Below, piece after piece: positions 20,543 to 30,062 of a DNA stretch of 64,000 bases. A program made the position numbers and the translations under genes. How positions within the stretch are numbered: position 1 is the stretch's first letter; the number at the start of each line of letters is the position of its first letter. Source of the stretch: Peptococcaceae bacterium UBA5755 (GTDB lineage Bacteria > Bacillota > Dehalobacteriia > UBA4068 > UBA5755). The stretch is taken from assembly GCA_002419005.1 (NCBI GenBank), contig DIFF01000012.1, positions 244,241 to 308,240 of the forward strand, in the 5' to 3' direction. The notes beneath the pieces were generated by a model. That model searched no databases. It saw nothing but the letters and a program-made list of their open reading frames with translations, and was not told the origin of the DNA.

Positions 20543-21465
20543 TATCTATGACCCTCCTCTTTCAAAGGAGCCAAGCCAAATTCTTTTCTTTTGGCTTCGT
20601 CCTTCAACATGGGGTAACCCAAGCTTTCCCTTTGGGCAACATAAGCCTGGGCGCACAGCTTAGCCATGTTGCGAACCCGGCCAATAAAGCTTTGCCTTTC
20701 CGTGGCACTAATAGCCCCTCTGGCATCCAAAAGGTTAAACGTATGCGAACATTTTAAAGTATAATCATAAGCTGGCTGCACCAATCCTTCGCCAATAACC
20801 CGCACGGCCTCCGCCTCAAAAACATCAAAAAGATTAAAGAGCATGTCAGTATCTGCAACCTGAAAATTATAGGTAGAGTAATCAACCTCATTGCGGTGAT
20901 AAACATCACCATAGCTAATGCCGTCCACCCATTCTATATCATAAACACTGTCTACTTTTTGAATAAACATCGCCAATCTTTCAATACCATAGGTAATCTC
21001 TGCTGAAATAGGCTTGCAATCTATGCTACCACACTGTTGAAAATAGGTAAACTGGGTAACTTCCATGCCATCCAGCCAAACCTCCCAACCAAGGCCCCAA
21101 GCCCCCAAAGTAGGCGATTCCCAGTTATCTTCTACAAAACGTACATCATGCTGCAGCAGGTCAATACCCAGAGCTTTTAGGCTTGCCAAATAAAGCTCCT
21201 GCACATCCAAAGGCGAGGGCTTCAAAATTACCTGATACTGAAAATAATGTTGCAAACGGTTGGGGTTATCCCCATAACGTCCATCGGTCGGCCGACGAGA
21301 AGGCTCCACATAAGCCGTATGCCACGGTTCGGGGCCTAAAGCCCGCAAAAAAGTAGCAGGGTTCATGGTGCCGGCTCCTTTTTCCACATCATAAGGTTGA
21401 AGGATAATGCAGCCCTGCTCTCCCCAAAACTTATTCAAAGTTAAAATAATTTCCTGAAAATTCAT
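20542..21465 (-). CDS. glyQ: Glycine--tRNA ligase alpha subunit. True start at ATG 21465 (MNFQEI...) after RBS GGGAGGTCC.
   Basis: The alpha-subunit sequence is conserved (…FWGEQGCII…[12 protein letters not shown]…). The upstream TTG-initiated extension in the track is leader RNA. Confidence 0.9.
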   Translation of the reverse strand: MNFQEIILTLNKFWGEQGCIILQPYDVEKGAGTMNPATFLRALGPEPWHTAYVEPSRRPTDGRYGDNPNRLQHYFQYQVILKPSPLDVQELYLASLKALGIDLLQHDVRFVEDNWESPTLGAWGLGWEVWLDGMEVTQFTYFQQCGSIDCKPISAEITYGIERLAMFIQKVDSVYDIEWVDGISYGDVYHRNEVDYSTYNFQVADTDMLFNLFDVFEAEAVRVIGEGLVQPAYDYTLKCSHTFNLLDARGAISATERQSFIGRVRNMAKLCAQAYVAQRESLGYPMLKDEAKRKEFGLAPLKEEGHR

Positions 21466-21492
21466 GTCAGGACCTCCCGTTTTATAATCAAG

Positions 21493-21620
21493 CAAAACAA
21501 AAAGCTCTCATCTCAGCGCCAATAAATTAGTTCAGGACGAGAGCCAACCTCCCGTAGTATTAGCCCGCCAGCTATTCCCCCTAAATATTCAAAATTCATC
21601 TCTTAAAGTATATAGTATAA
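21493..21620 (-). promoter_or_regulatory. Putative glycine T-box leader (attenuator) of glyQS. It has a terminator hairpin plus U-tract, a T-box-like box, AGAGA and a GGC-containing loop.
   Basis: The minus-strand leader reads ...AGAGAUGAAUUUUGAAUAUUUAGGGGGAAUAGCUGGCGGGCUAAUACUACGGGAGGUUGGCUCUCGUCC...GAGAUGAGAGCUUUUUGUUUUG. The stem GCUCUCGUC/GAUGAGAGC is followed by a U-run. ACGGGAGGUUGGCUCUCG overlaps the 5' half of the stem, as a T-box antiterminator would. The match to the AGGGUGGNACCGCG consensus is imperfect. Confidence 0.45.
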
Positions 21621-21676
21621 TATAAACAATTTTAAAAAAATAATATAAACAATTCTAGCAAATGCTCCCCCTAATG

Positions 21677-22447
21677 TCAAATATTTATATATTCCCGCAA
21701 GGTCTGCTTTGCCTTGGTAGATTTCTCTAAATAATATCGCAAATAGCCTTCCGTAGCCTGCTCCATCTCTCTTTTAATTTCCGATCCTGGCTTAAAATTA
21801 AAAAGCTGCCGCAAATCTATTTCCAAAAGCTTTTTCATAGATAAGATGGCTCCCGGACTTAAAAGCTCATCTGGTGCCGAACCGCTGCAACCGGTGCAAA
21901 CAATACCACCCCGATAAGGGGATAAAACAAAGCTTCCGCCCATAACACCCCTGCCACAAACCGAGCAGAAATCCAACTGCGGCTTATAACCCAAAATGGC
22001 AAGCAAACGCAGCTCAAAAAAGCGGGCCAAAATTTCCATATCTTCTTCCGGTATAACCTCCAAAACAGCAAAAACAGAAGCCCCTAAAATAAACAAACTT
22101 TCCTGGGGTTTGTTTTCCGGTAGAGAATAATCCAAAAGCTCGGAAATATAAGAAGCATAAGCAATTCTGCCCAGGCTTTCCCGCAAGCCGCGGTGGCTGT
22201 TTATGGTCTCCCCCTGAGTCACGGTGGCTAAACTCCCCCGGCCGAAGGCAAAAGCCAAACGGCTATAACTAAACAGCTGGGTGGCCCCAGAAAGACTGCT
22301 TTTGCCCTTTCGCACCCCTTTGGCAATAGCAGAAACCCTGCCCCGCTCTTTGGTAAAAACAATAATAATCCTGTCAGCCTCACCGTATTCCCGGCTCCGA
22401 ATGACCAACCCTTCTAAAACTTGCAAGCGGCTACCAGTCATAATCAT
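21677..22447 (-). CDS. recO: DNA repair protein RecO
   Basis: A 256 aa protein with an OB-fold N-terminus and a C-terminal zinc motif CSVCG...CTGC. Confidence 0.85.
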   Translation of the reverse strand: MIMTGSRLQVLEGLVIRSREYGEADRIIIVFTKERGRVSAIAKGVRKGKSSLSGATQLFSYSRLAFAFGRGSLATVTQGETINSHRGLRESLGRIAYASYISELLDYSLPENKPQESLFILGASVFAVLEVIPEEDMEILARFFELRLLAILGYKPQLDFCSVCGRGVMGGSFVLSPYRGGIVCTGCSGSAPDELLSPGAILSMKKLLEIDLRQLFNFKPGSEIKREMEQATEGYLRYYLEKSTKAKQTLREYINI

Positions 22448-22460
22448 CTATCCCACTTTT

Positions 22461-23369
22461 TTATAATTCTTTCTTATCAAACCCAAAGTTTTTTAGCATG
22501 GTGTCATTATTGCGCCAGCCTTTTTTCATTTTAACCCTTAGGGCCAAAAACACTTTGCTGGCAAAAATTCCTTCAACTTCCAACCGGGCGGCCGAACCTA
22601 TCTTTTGCAGCATAACACCTTTTTTACCAATAATGATACCCTTTTGACTCTCTCTTTCCACATAAATATCCGCAGCAATGTAAATAAGGCCGTTTTCTCT
22701 CTCTTCCATTTCGGTAATGTTCACGGCAATGGCATGAGGTATCTCTTCCGTGGTGGCCTGTAGAATCTTCTCCCTAATTATTTCCGCAATTATCACCTGT
22801 TCGGGCTGGTCGGTAACAGTGTCAAGCGGATAATATAGTGGGCCTTCCGGCAAATATTTTTTTAAGGTCTCCAACAAAACTTCCACATTTTCGCCTGTTT
22901 TTGCCGCCACCGGAACAACTTCCGCAAAGTCGCCCAATTCTTTATACTTGTCAATTACCGCCAAAAGCTGCGGTTTTTCCAACAAATCTATCTTGTTTAT
23001 TACCAAAAAAACTGGGCATTTACTTCCCACCAACTGCTGGCTAATATACTTTTCACCCCCGCCAATCTCGGCTGTGGCGTCTACCAAATAAAAAAGAATA
23101 TCCACATCCCCCATAACACTTTGGGCCGAGAGAGACATATACTGGCCTAATTTGTGTTTGGGTTTGTGTATGCCAGGAGTATCCAAAAAAATTGCTTGCA
23201 TTTCATCTGTGCTGTAAATTCCCTGAATCTTGTTTCTAGTAGTTTGAGGTTTATTCGATGTTATGGCTATTTTTTGCCCCAAAACCTGGTTCAAAAGCGT
23301 AGATTTACCTACATTAGGCCGGCCAATAAGCCCCACAAAGCCCGATTTAAAAGGTGTGGCAGCGGTCAT
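22461..23369 (-). CDS. era: GTPase Era
   Basis: It has GRPNVGKST, DTPG and NKID G-motifs plus a C-terminal KH domain. It overlaps cdd by 4 nt. Confidence 0.9.
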   Translation of the reverse strand: MTAATPFKSGFVGLIGRPNVGKSTLLNQVLGQKIAITSNKPQTTRNKIQGIYSTDEMQAIFLDTPGIHKPKHKLGQYMSLSAQSVMGDVDILFYLVDATAEIGGGEKYISQQLVGSKCPVFLVINKIDLLEKPQLLAVIDKYKELGDFAEVVPVAAKTGENVEVLLETLKKYLPEGPLYYPLDTVTDQPEQVIIAEIIREKILQATTEEIPHAIAVNITEMEERENGLIYIAADIYVERESQKGIIIGKKGVMLQKIGSAARLEVEGIFASKVFLALRVKMKKGWRNNDTMLKNFGFDKKEL

Positions 23370-23779
23370 TTATTCTGCCCCCCGTCTGTTAGGCAAAAAG
23401 AGATCGGCAAAAAACTACTTAAGGGCTGCATAACAAGATTCCCCTCATTTTTTCCGGTAATTACCAGCATATTACCACTGTTAAACTCCTCCAAAACTTG
23501 CAAGCAAGCCCCACATGGCACCGTAATATCGTGGTTGGGTGAAGCAATAGCAATGGCCGCAAAATCTTTTTTACCTGCAGCAACAGCAGCAAAAACAGCC
23601 CCCCTTTCCGCACAACAGGAAAGACCATAGGAAGCATTTTCCACATTACAGCCGGTAAATATCTCGCCATCCGCCGTCAAAAGAGCTGACCCCACTTTAA
23701 AACCGGAATACGGGGCATAAGCATTTTTTGCCGCTCCTTTAGCCAACTGCAAAAGTTTTTCACCATCAAAATTTTTCAT
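23366..23779 (-). CDS. cdd: Cytidine deaminase
   Basis: It has the zinc motifs CAERGA and PCGACLQ of the homotetrameric CDA family. The protein is 137 aa. Confidence 0.85.
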   Translation of the reverse strand: MKNFDGEKLLQLAKGAAKNAYAPYSGFKVGSALLTADGEIFTGCNVENASYGLSCCAERGAVFAAVAAGKKDFAAIAIASPNHDITVPCGACLQVLEEFNSGNMLVITGKNEGNLVMQPLSSFLPISFCLTDGGQNK

Positions 23780-23818
23780 AATAAAATACCCCTTAAAAAT
23801 TATTTATCATCTCCAAAA

Positions 23819-24820
23819 TTACTCTCCCGGCAAGGTAAATTTCACGCTTTGGTCGATCATCTGAATCCAGGTCTGCCCTGGTTTTAAAGACCACTCATTG
23901 CCATTCGAGTCATAATAACGGGTCATGGAGTCAGGGCTTGTCCTTTTCCAGGTGCCTTCCTGCACCACACCATCCCGCAAAAGCCAGGCCTTGCCAGAAC
24001 CAACTAGGTTTATTTCCAGCCTGCCTTCGCTGTCTAAAACCTTAGAGCTTACCCGCTGCACAACAACATTTGCGGCTTTCCACTGCTCTCCATCGCCTTT
24101 ATCCAAGCAGGGGTCACCTTTCAAGTAACGCAAATAAAGTCCACTTGCCTCGTCATATTCATACTCAACCTTAGCAGAAGGATAGTAAATCTTCACCCAT
24201 GCAGCCGGTTCGGCAAAGGCCGGGGCTTCCTCGCTCCACACATAAGCTTCCACTTCAACCCCTGTTTTATATCCCTTGTCTGCAATTGCCTCCGCCAAAA
24301 GTGCCGTGCTGGTATAAAGGTTGTGCGGAGCTTCGCGGCTCTTATCCCGCCAAAAATACTTAGAATTATATATCTCATCTAAATAATCTACCACGTTCTT
24401 TTTCAAGTAAACATAGGCATCATTGCTGCCACCAGCATGAACAAAAAGAGCATCCCACTGCCGGGCAACATCAATTATATATGGTCTAGAGCTGCGGACA
24501 GGGCCAATCACATCTGCTTTTTGGCCATAAAAAACAGCCACATAACGGCTAATCCCACCCTCCGCCGGAATCTCATAAATTATATCTGCCTGGCTCAAGC
24601 CGGTTTGCGGCCGTGCATCTGGGTTATTGTCAATGGAAACCACAAGAGGTTTTGCCGGCATCTTTTCAACAACCAAACCGGTAAACGGATTATAAATTTT
24701 ATTAACCTCTGCGTTGTTTTCACTTTGGCCCTTTTCGTTTTCTTTACTGCAAGCAACAAAAAAACACATGGCCAAAATTAACACAAAACACAAAAACATT
24801 TTGTTTTTTATCTTTAACAT
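23819..24820 (-). CDS. DUF3048 domain lipoprotein (YerB-like)
   Basis: The signal peptide plus lipobox (LAMCFFVAC) is followed by a body similar to the YerB/DUF3048 family. The position between cdd and dgkA is not conserved in Bacillus. Confidence 0.6.
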   Translation of the reverse strand: MLKIKNKMFLCFVLILAMCFFVACSKENEKGQSENNAEVNKIYNPFTGLVVEKMPAKPLVVSIDNNPDARPQTGLSQADIIYEIPAEGGISRYVAVFYGQKADVIGPVRSSRPYIIDVARQWDALFVHAGGSNDAYVYLKKNVVDYLDEIYNSKYFWRDKSREAPHNLYTSTALLAEAIADKGYKTGVEVEAYVWSEEAPAFAEPAAWVKIYYPSAKVEYEYDEASGLYLRYLKGDPCLDKGDGEQWKAANVVVQRVSSKVLDSEGRLEINLVGSGKAWLLRDGVVQEGTWKRTSPDSMTRYYDSNGNEWSLKPGQTWIQMIDQSVKFTLPGE

Positions 24821-24848
24821 AAATTGGTACCCCTATTAAACAAATAAA

Positions 24849-25208
24849 TCAAAACAATTGCCTGATGTACGGATAAAAAATAATAATACCAATCAACACC
24901 GAAAAAAAGGCCGCCACCAAAACTGCTCCGGCAGCAACATCTTTTGCAAAAGCCGCTTTGGGATGCTTTTTAATACTTAAAAAATCCACATATTTTTCAA
25001 TAGCGGTGTTTATAAGCTCCGCCACAAGCACCAAAGCTATGGTAAGGCACAAAATTGCCACCTCAACCCTGGACACATCCAAAAGTGTGGCCGCCACCAA
25101 AACAAGAACAGCTACAACAGAATGAAAACGCAAATGCCGCTCCTCTCTCATGGCCTTGATCCAACCTCTCATGGCACAAATAAAAGATTGTTTTTCTTTA
25201 TCCTGCAT
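24849..25208 (-). CDS. dgkA: Diacylglycerol/undecaprenol kinase DgkA
   Basis: A 119 aa protein with 3 TM helices. It has the DgkA motif EL(I/V)NTAIE and conserved synteny with ybeY. Confidence 0.75.
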   Translation of the reverse strand: MQDKEKQSFICAMRGWIKAMREERHLRFHSVVAVLVLVAATLLDVSRVEVAILCLTIALVLVAELINTAIEKYVDFLSIKKHPKAAFAKDVAAGAVLVAAFFSVLIGIIIFYPYIRQLF

Positions 25209-25218
25209 GTTTTACCCC

Positions 25219-25689
25219 CTATTTTCTGGGTAAATCCAAAAGCTCCAAAACCTCATTTTGTCTGGCCTGCATTAGGGCCTCTTCCGCCAAACCTAGTTCA
25301 TGGTCATAACCCAAAAGATGCAACAAACCATGCACAAAAAGAAACACACCTTCCCTTTCCAAACTATGGTCAAATTCGGTTGCTTGCCTTTGCATAGTTT
25401 CGGTAGATATCACAATATCCCCCAGAGCACAGCCCGGCACAATCAAATCGTTTAGCTCTAGTAAAGGAAAAGAAAGCACATCAGTAGCGGTATCTTTGTG
25501 GCGATAATCATTGTTGAGCTCTCTTATACCAGCATCATCGGTCAAAAGAAGACTTATCTCCACTTTGCATTTAGGCGTTTTCCTTTGTTTCTCTGTTGCC
25601 AGAGTCAATCGGTAAGCCCGGTTCCACAGCGTTTTCAACTCCGGGCTGATAAAAAGCTTCTTCTGCTGATTGCTTATCAATAGTGCCAT
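25219..25689 (-). CDS. ybeY: Endoribonuclease YbeY (16S rRNA 3' maturation)
   Basis: It has the H-x-x-x-H-x-x-G-Y-D-H zinc motif (HGLLHLLGYDHE) and TDVLSFP. Confidence 0.85.
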   Translation of the reverse strand: MALLISNQQKKLFISPELKTLWNRAYRLTLATEKQRKTPKCKVEISLLLTDDAGIRELNNDYRHKDTATDVLSFPLLELNDLIVPGCALGDIVISTETMQRQATEFDHSLEREGVFLFVHGLLHLLGYDHELGLAEEALMQARQNEVLELLDLPRK

Positions 25690-27832
25690 CCGCTTCAGCG
25701 GCCTCCTCTCCTTTTTTCATCATTTCAGCCACCACAGGCGGATAATCTACCCGCTTATGGCTAACACTTGCCAAAACTTGAGTAAAAGAATCGGCAATAA
25801 CATTCAAATCCTTAAAGGTCAAGTCGCATTCTTCCAATTGGCCCGAATCAAACTTGTTTTTAATAATGCTACGAATACGGCCTTCAATTTGTCCTTTGGT
25901 AGGCTGGCTCATTGCCTGCACAGCAGCCTGCACACTATCTGCCAACAAAATAATGGCGGCCTCTTTACTTTGCGGCTTAGGCCCAGGATAACAAAACTCT
26001 TCAATATTGACCTTATCTTCACCGTCTTGCTTTTTAGCCTTATTGTAAAAGAAAGAAACCAAGCTAGTACCATGATGTTGCTCAACCATATCTATTATAA
26101 CCTGGGGTAGCTTATATTCCTTGGCAATTTCAATACCCTCTTTAACGTGAGAAACAATGATCAAAGTACTAAGGGTTGGCTGCAGTTTGCCATGGGGATT
26201 TTCCCCAGCATTCTGATTTTCAATGAAGAAATACGGCCTTTTTATTTTGCCAATATCATGAAAATAAGCCCCAACCCGCACAACCAAGGGATCGGCCCCC
26301 AAAGCATTTGCGGCAGCCTCGGCCAAATTACCCACCAAAACACTGTGCTGATAAGTACCAGGAGCTTCAAGCATCATTTTTTTAATCAAAGGATTATTAG
26401 AGTTAGAAAGCTCCAAAAGCCTCAGCATAGTGGTAATGCCAAAAGCACTCTCAAAAAAGGGCAGCAAGCCAACCGTAAATACCACCGACAAAATACCGTT
26501 CACAAAAGCAAGCCCAATACCAATGCCAATGGTGGCATAAGAATAGCCCCAAGCAAAGCCCCAAGCAACCACAGCAGCCATATAAACCAAAGCAATTCGC
26601 AACCCTACAACGGCATACTTGCTACGCTGGTCTAAACCGCTAATGCTGGCTATGGCCACAAAACCACTAAAAATAGCTGCAAAAACATACAAAAGCTGCG
26701 CATCAAACAAAAAACCGGTAAAAAGACCCAAAATAACCGTAGTAAAAACACCGCTCTCTTTATCCAAAAGTACGGTAGCAAGCATAGAACAAATAGCCAC
26801 TGGCATCAAAATACCGGACAAAAAAGTAACCTGCCCAGCAACACCATCACTTAAAAACACAATAAGCTTGCCAATAATTAACACAAGGTTTATCAGAATC
26901 CCCAAAATTAAAATATTTTTTGGTTCCCGCCAAAGTTTTTTCTTGTAATAAGCAAGAAAAACAACCAACAAAGCATAAAGCATGGCGACAAAAAGCAAAA
27001 TGCCAAAATAAGTAAGCACAATGCTGCGGCCTTTGTGTAAACCCAAAAGCTGCAATAGTTCAATGCCCTTTGCATCTGCCACCTCACCCTTGGCCAACAA
27101 AAGCTCTCCTTGCTGCACAGATACATGCACGGGATAAATCTCCGCCATAATTTTTTCCACCTCGGCGGCGGTGGCCACTGGGTCATAAATCTTGTTTGCC
27201 GCAAAATCCAAGTTGCCCGCCAAAGCCCGGCTAAAAGCCAGGCTATTACCACTTATGCTTTTATCAGCAACAAGAATATCATCAATTTTGCCGGGCACTG
27301 CGGAAGCATCTTCAACTGTAACCCCCGGGTCATATACTTCTTTTATGGCATCACACAAAACCTGTTTACAAGCCCCCAAACTTCCTTCAGAACTTTTTAA
27401 GGCCTGAACAATAGAACTCTCCGCCAAATTTGCCGGCAACTGGCTTTTTAAAGCTACAACTTTTTCTGTCTCGGTAGCGAGTGTTTCATCCGCTTTCACC
27501 GCCAAAACAGCAGAAAAATACCGCTCAACATCCGCTAAAAGTCCTGTCAAAATTGTGGCATTTTTTTGGTATAATTGCCCAACCTCTTGAGCAGCCACCT
27601 GTTTTGCTTCCTCGGTAAGAATATCGCTTACAACAGTAGTGGAAGCCCCTTTATAGTAAATATCCTCCGTTGCAGCTTGGCCTTCTTCAATATCTACCTG
27701 CTCTGGCAAAAACCCAAAAGCCAAAACAACAAAAGAAACAACCACGCTCAAAAACACGTAAAGTATCCTGGAAGCCGGGCTTTTTTGCATCATATTGCCT
27801 TTCGATAATTTTTTTGCTCTATCAATTTTCAT
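25571..27832 (-). CDS. pgpH: Cyclic-di-AMP phosphodiesterase PgpH (7TM receptor with intracellular HD hydrolase, YqfF family). Start at MKIDR with RBS GGAGGAAA.
   Basis: It has an extracellular N-domain, 7 TM helices and an HD domain (HSVLVGNLAEAAA...YFHDIGK). The 3' 119 nt overlap ybeY in another frame. Confidence 0.8.
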   Translation of the reverse strand: MKIDRAKKLSKGNMMQKSPASRILYVFLSVVVSFVVLAFGFLPEQVDIEEGQAATEDIYYKGASTTVVSDILTEEAKQVAAQEVGQLYQKNATILTGLLADVERYFSAVLAVKADETLATETEKVVALKSQLPANLAESSIVQALKSSEGSLGACKQVLCDAIKEVYDPGVTVEDASAVPGKIDDILVADKSISGNSLAFSRALAGNLDFAANKIYDPVATAAEVEKIMAEIYPVHVSVQQGELLLAKGEVADAKGIELLQLLGLHKGRSIVLTYFGILLFVAMLYALLVVFLAYYKKKLWREPKNILILGILINLVLIIGKLIVFLSDGVAGQVTFLSGILMPVAICSMLATVLLDKESGVFTTVILGLFTGFLFDAQLLYVFAAIFSGFVAIASISGLDQRSKYAVVGLRIALVYMAAVVAWGFAWGYSYATIGIGIGLAFVNGILSVVFTVGLLPFFESAFGITTMLRLLELSNSNNPLIKKMMLEAPGTYQHSVLVGNLAEAAANALGADPLVVRVGAYFHDIGKIKRPYFFIENQNAGENPHGKLQPTLSTLIIVSHVKEGIEIAKEYKLPQVIIDMVEQHHGTSLVSFFYNKAKKQDGEDKVNIEEFCYPGPKPQSKEAAIILLADSVQAAVQAMSQPTKGQIEGRIRSIIKNKFDSGQLEECDLTFKDLNVIADSFTQVLASVSHKRVDYPPVVAEMMKKGEEAAEADGTIDKQSAEEAFYQPGVENAVEPGLPIDSGNRETKENA

Positions 27833-27862
27833 CAAGTTTCCTCCAACATAAATACAAATCAA

Positions 27863-28816
27863 TTAGATCCACTTTTTATCATATGCATCAATAATTTTTT
27901 GGACCAAAGGATGCCGTACCGTGTCCAAAATAGTTAAATGACAAAAAGCCAAACCGGAAATATCCTTAAGCCGTCTTTCTGCTTCCACCAAACCAGAGCG
28001 TTGGCCATCCGGCAAATCTATCTGGGTAATGTCACCGGTTATAACCACCTTGGAACCCATGCCCATGCGGGTCAAAAACATCTTCATCTGTAAAGATGTG
28101 GTGTTTTGTGCTTCATCCAAAATAATAAAGGCATCATCCAGAGTGCGCCCCCGCATGTAAGCCAAGGGAACAACCTCCACAGTGCCCCGCTCCATATATT
28201 TAAGAGCAATCTCCTGCCCCAAAATATCATCCAATGCATCATAAACCGGCCGCAAATATGGGTTTACCTTATCCTGCAAGTCGCCCGGCAAAAAACCAAG
28301 TTTTTCTCCTGCTTCCACCGCCGGCCTGGCCAAAACAATTTTGTTTACTTCTTTTGCTTTCAACGCGGCAACCGCCATAACCACCGCTAAATACGTTTTG
28401 CCGGTGCCGGCAGGCCCAATACTAAAAGTAATATCATGATTTCTAATAGCTTCCAAATATTGCCACTGGCCAAGTGTTTTTGCTTTTACCTGCTTACCTC
28501 TTGGCGTTACATAAACTGTCTCGGCCAAATAAGCAGCAATTTCTTTGTTGTTTCCCAAAAGACTTAAAGAATAATTTATGGAAGCTTTAGTAATAAGGAT
28601 GCCGGCTTCCGCCAAAGTAAAAAGATGCTCAAAAACCATCCGGGCTTTATCTACATCAGTTTTGCTTCCAGAAAGAACCAGCTCGTTACCCCGAACCACA
28701 ATTTTTGCTAATAGGTTTTCTTCCAACAAGGATAGGTTTTCATCTCTTTCCCCTAAAATATTGGCTGCTTGTCCATTGCAATTAAAAACCAATTTTTTTT
28801 CTGTCTGCTGCTCCAA
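27863..28816 (-). CDS. phoH: PhoH-like ATPase (PhoH/YqfE)
   Basis: It has Walker A GPAGTGKTY. Its position upstream of pgpH-ybeY matches the conserved operon. Confidence 0.85.
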   Translation of the reverse strand: MEQQTEKKLVFNCNGQAANILGERDENLSLLEENLLAKIVVRGNELVLSGSKTDVDKARMVFEHLFTLAEAGILITKASINYSLSLLGNNKEIAAYLAETVYVTPRGKQVKAKTLGQWQYLEAIRNHDITFSIGPAGTGKTYLAVVMAVAALKAKEVNKIVLARPAVEAGEKLGFLPGDLQDKVNPYLRPVYDALDDILGQEIALKYMERGTVEVVPLAYMRGRTLDDAFIILDEAQNTTSLQMKMFLTRMGMGSKVVITGDITQIDLPDGQRSGLVEAERRLKDISGLAFCHLTILDTVRHPLVQKIIDAYDKKWI

Positions 28817-28898
28817 AAAATTCCCTCCTTAGTTGGTTTATTCTTTAAGTTCAGATTTTAATTATTATTATACCACATTATTCCATTTTGTTGTAATT

Positions 28899-30062
28899 TT
28901 AATCAGTATTGACACTCAAGGCAATATCTTCCAGGCTTTGCCAAACAACCCTAGTTTTTATCACACCGTTTTCTTCCGCCAAGGGATAAATGCTTTCATT
29001 TACTAATTTAGCCGTAACAGGCATCTGGCGGCGGGCATCTTGTCTAGCCAAAACAAGGGCCATCTCCTTGGCATTTTCTCTGCTTATTTCACTTATATTC
29101 ACTATCTCTTTCTGATAAATGCTAACCGATATTTTAAGACCAGAAGCAATCCCTTCCCACCAATATATTTCATCTTCCCCGGTATATTTAAGCTCATTTT
29201 CCTCTGTGTTTAAAGAAGACGGCCACAAAATCAGCTGGCCTCTTTCGGGCCAAAGCAGGCTTATCTGTTTTTTGGCTTTCCCCACAGAATAATGAACCTC
29301 CTCCTGCAAAGAGCATTCCCCATAACCAGTATACCACACATTTGCCCTAATTATAGCCGCAGCCTTGCCGTTTTCTGACTCTACCAACACTTGATTAGGC
29401 AGAACAGTTTGCCCAACCGAAACAACCGCTTTGCCGGATAATATTAATATTTCTTCAACTACCCCGGCTTTACCTGCCACTATTTGTTCACCGCCTAAGC
29501 CTTCCGGCGGCAAAGTATTCTCCACAATCATAATCTCTACCTTAGTACCCTGTTTTTCAATGTTTACCCAAGCAAGTTGAGGATTCTCGGCCAAAATATC
29601 TTTTTCTATTGCAGCCAAATCTAGGCCGGGGGTCCAACCCCCTGGTTTCAGACCTTTTTCATATACTAAATTAATAATTTCTTCTGTTTGGGTATGCAGC
29701 AAAGGTTCTGGGCTTTGCACGCTCACAAAAAATACAAAGGAAGACAAAATATACACACCCAACAAACACAAAAGGAACCCTACCGGCAAAAGATAACGCT
29801 GGCGGCGAAAATAACGCTGCACAAAAGGACGCCCCTGGCGGCGGCGAACTCTGAAGCGACAATGGGTCACTTTTGCCACATGACGCAAAACACCAACCTG
29901 ACTCAACCGCACCCCTGCTTCCAGCATTTGCGGTCCAAGCCAGTTTATATCATAAAACTCAACCCCTCTTTGCATGGCCAAATTTAAAAAAGGGGCGGCT
30001 CCAACCCCTTCAACCTGAATTACCACATAACCAAAAAACCAATTGGCAAAACCAATCTTCAC
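28899..30062 (-). CDS. yqfD: Sporulation protein YqfD (stage IV sporulation)
   Basis: A 387 aa protein with a single TM and YqfD family conservation. It follows yqfC directly, as in Bacillus. Confidence 0.75.
   Translation of the reverse strand: MKIGFANWFFGYVVIQVEGVGAAPFLNLAMQRGVEFYDINWLGPQMLEAGVRLSQVGVLRHVAKVTHCRFRVRRRQGRPFVQRYFRRQRYLLPVGFLLCLLGVYILSSFVFFVSVQSPEPLLHTQTEEIINLVYEKGLKPGGWTPGLDLAAIEKDILAENPQLAWVNIEKQGTKVEIMIVENTLPPEGLGGEQIVAGKAGVVEEILILSGKAVVSVGQTVLPNQVLVESENGKAAAIIRANVWYTGYGECSLQEEVHYSVGKAKKQISLLWPERGQLILWPSSLNTEENELKYTGEDEIYWWEGIASGLKISVSIYQKEIVNISEISRENAKEMALVLARQDARRQMPVTAKLVNESIYPLAEENGVIKTRVVWQSLEDIALSVNTD

Noticed and set aside
21466-21495. TTG-initiated N-terminal extension of glyQ ([10 protein letters not shown]...)
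   Set aside because: A strong RBS (GGGAGGTCC) sits inside it, directly before the internal ATG at 21465. The region is more likely leader RNA or attenuator.
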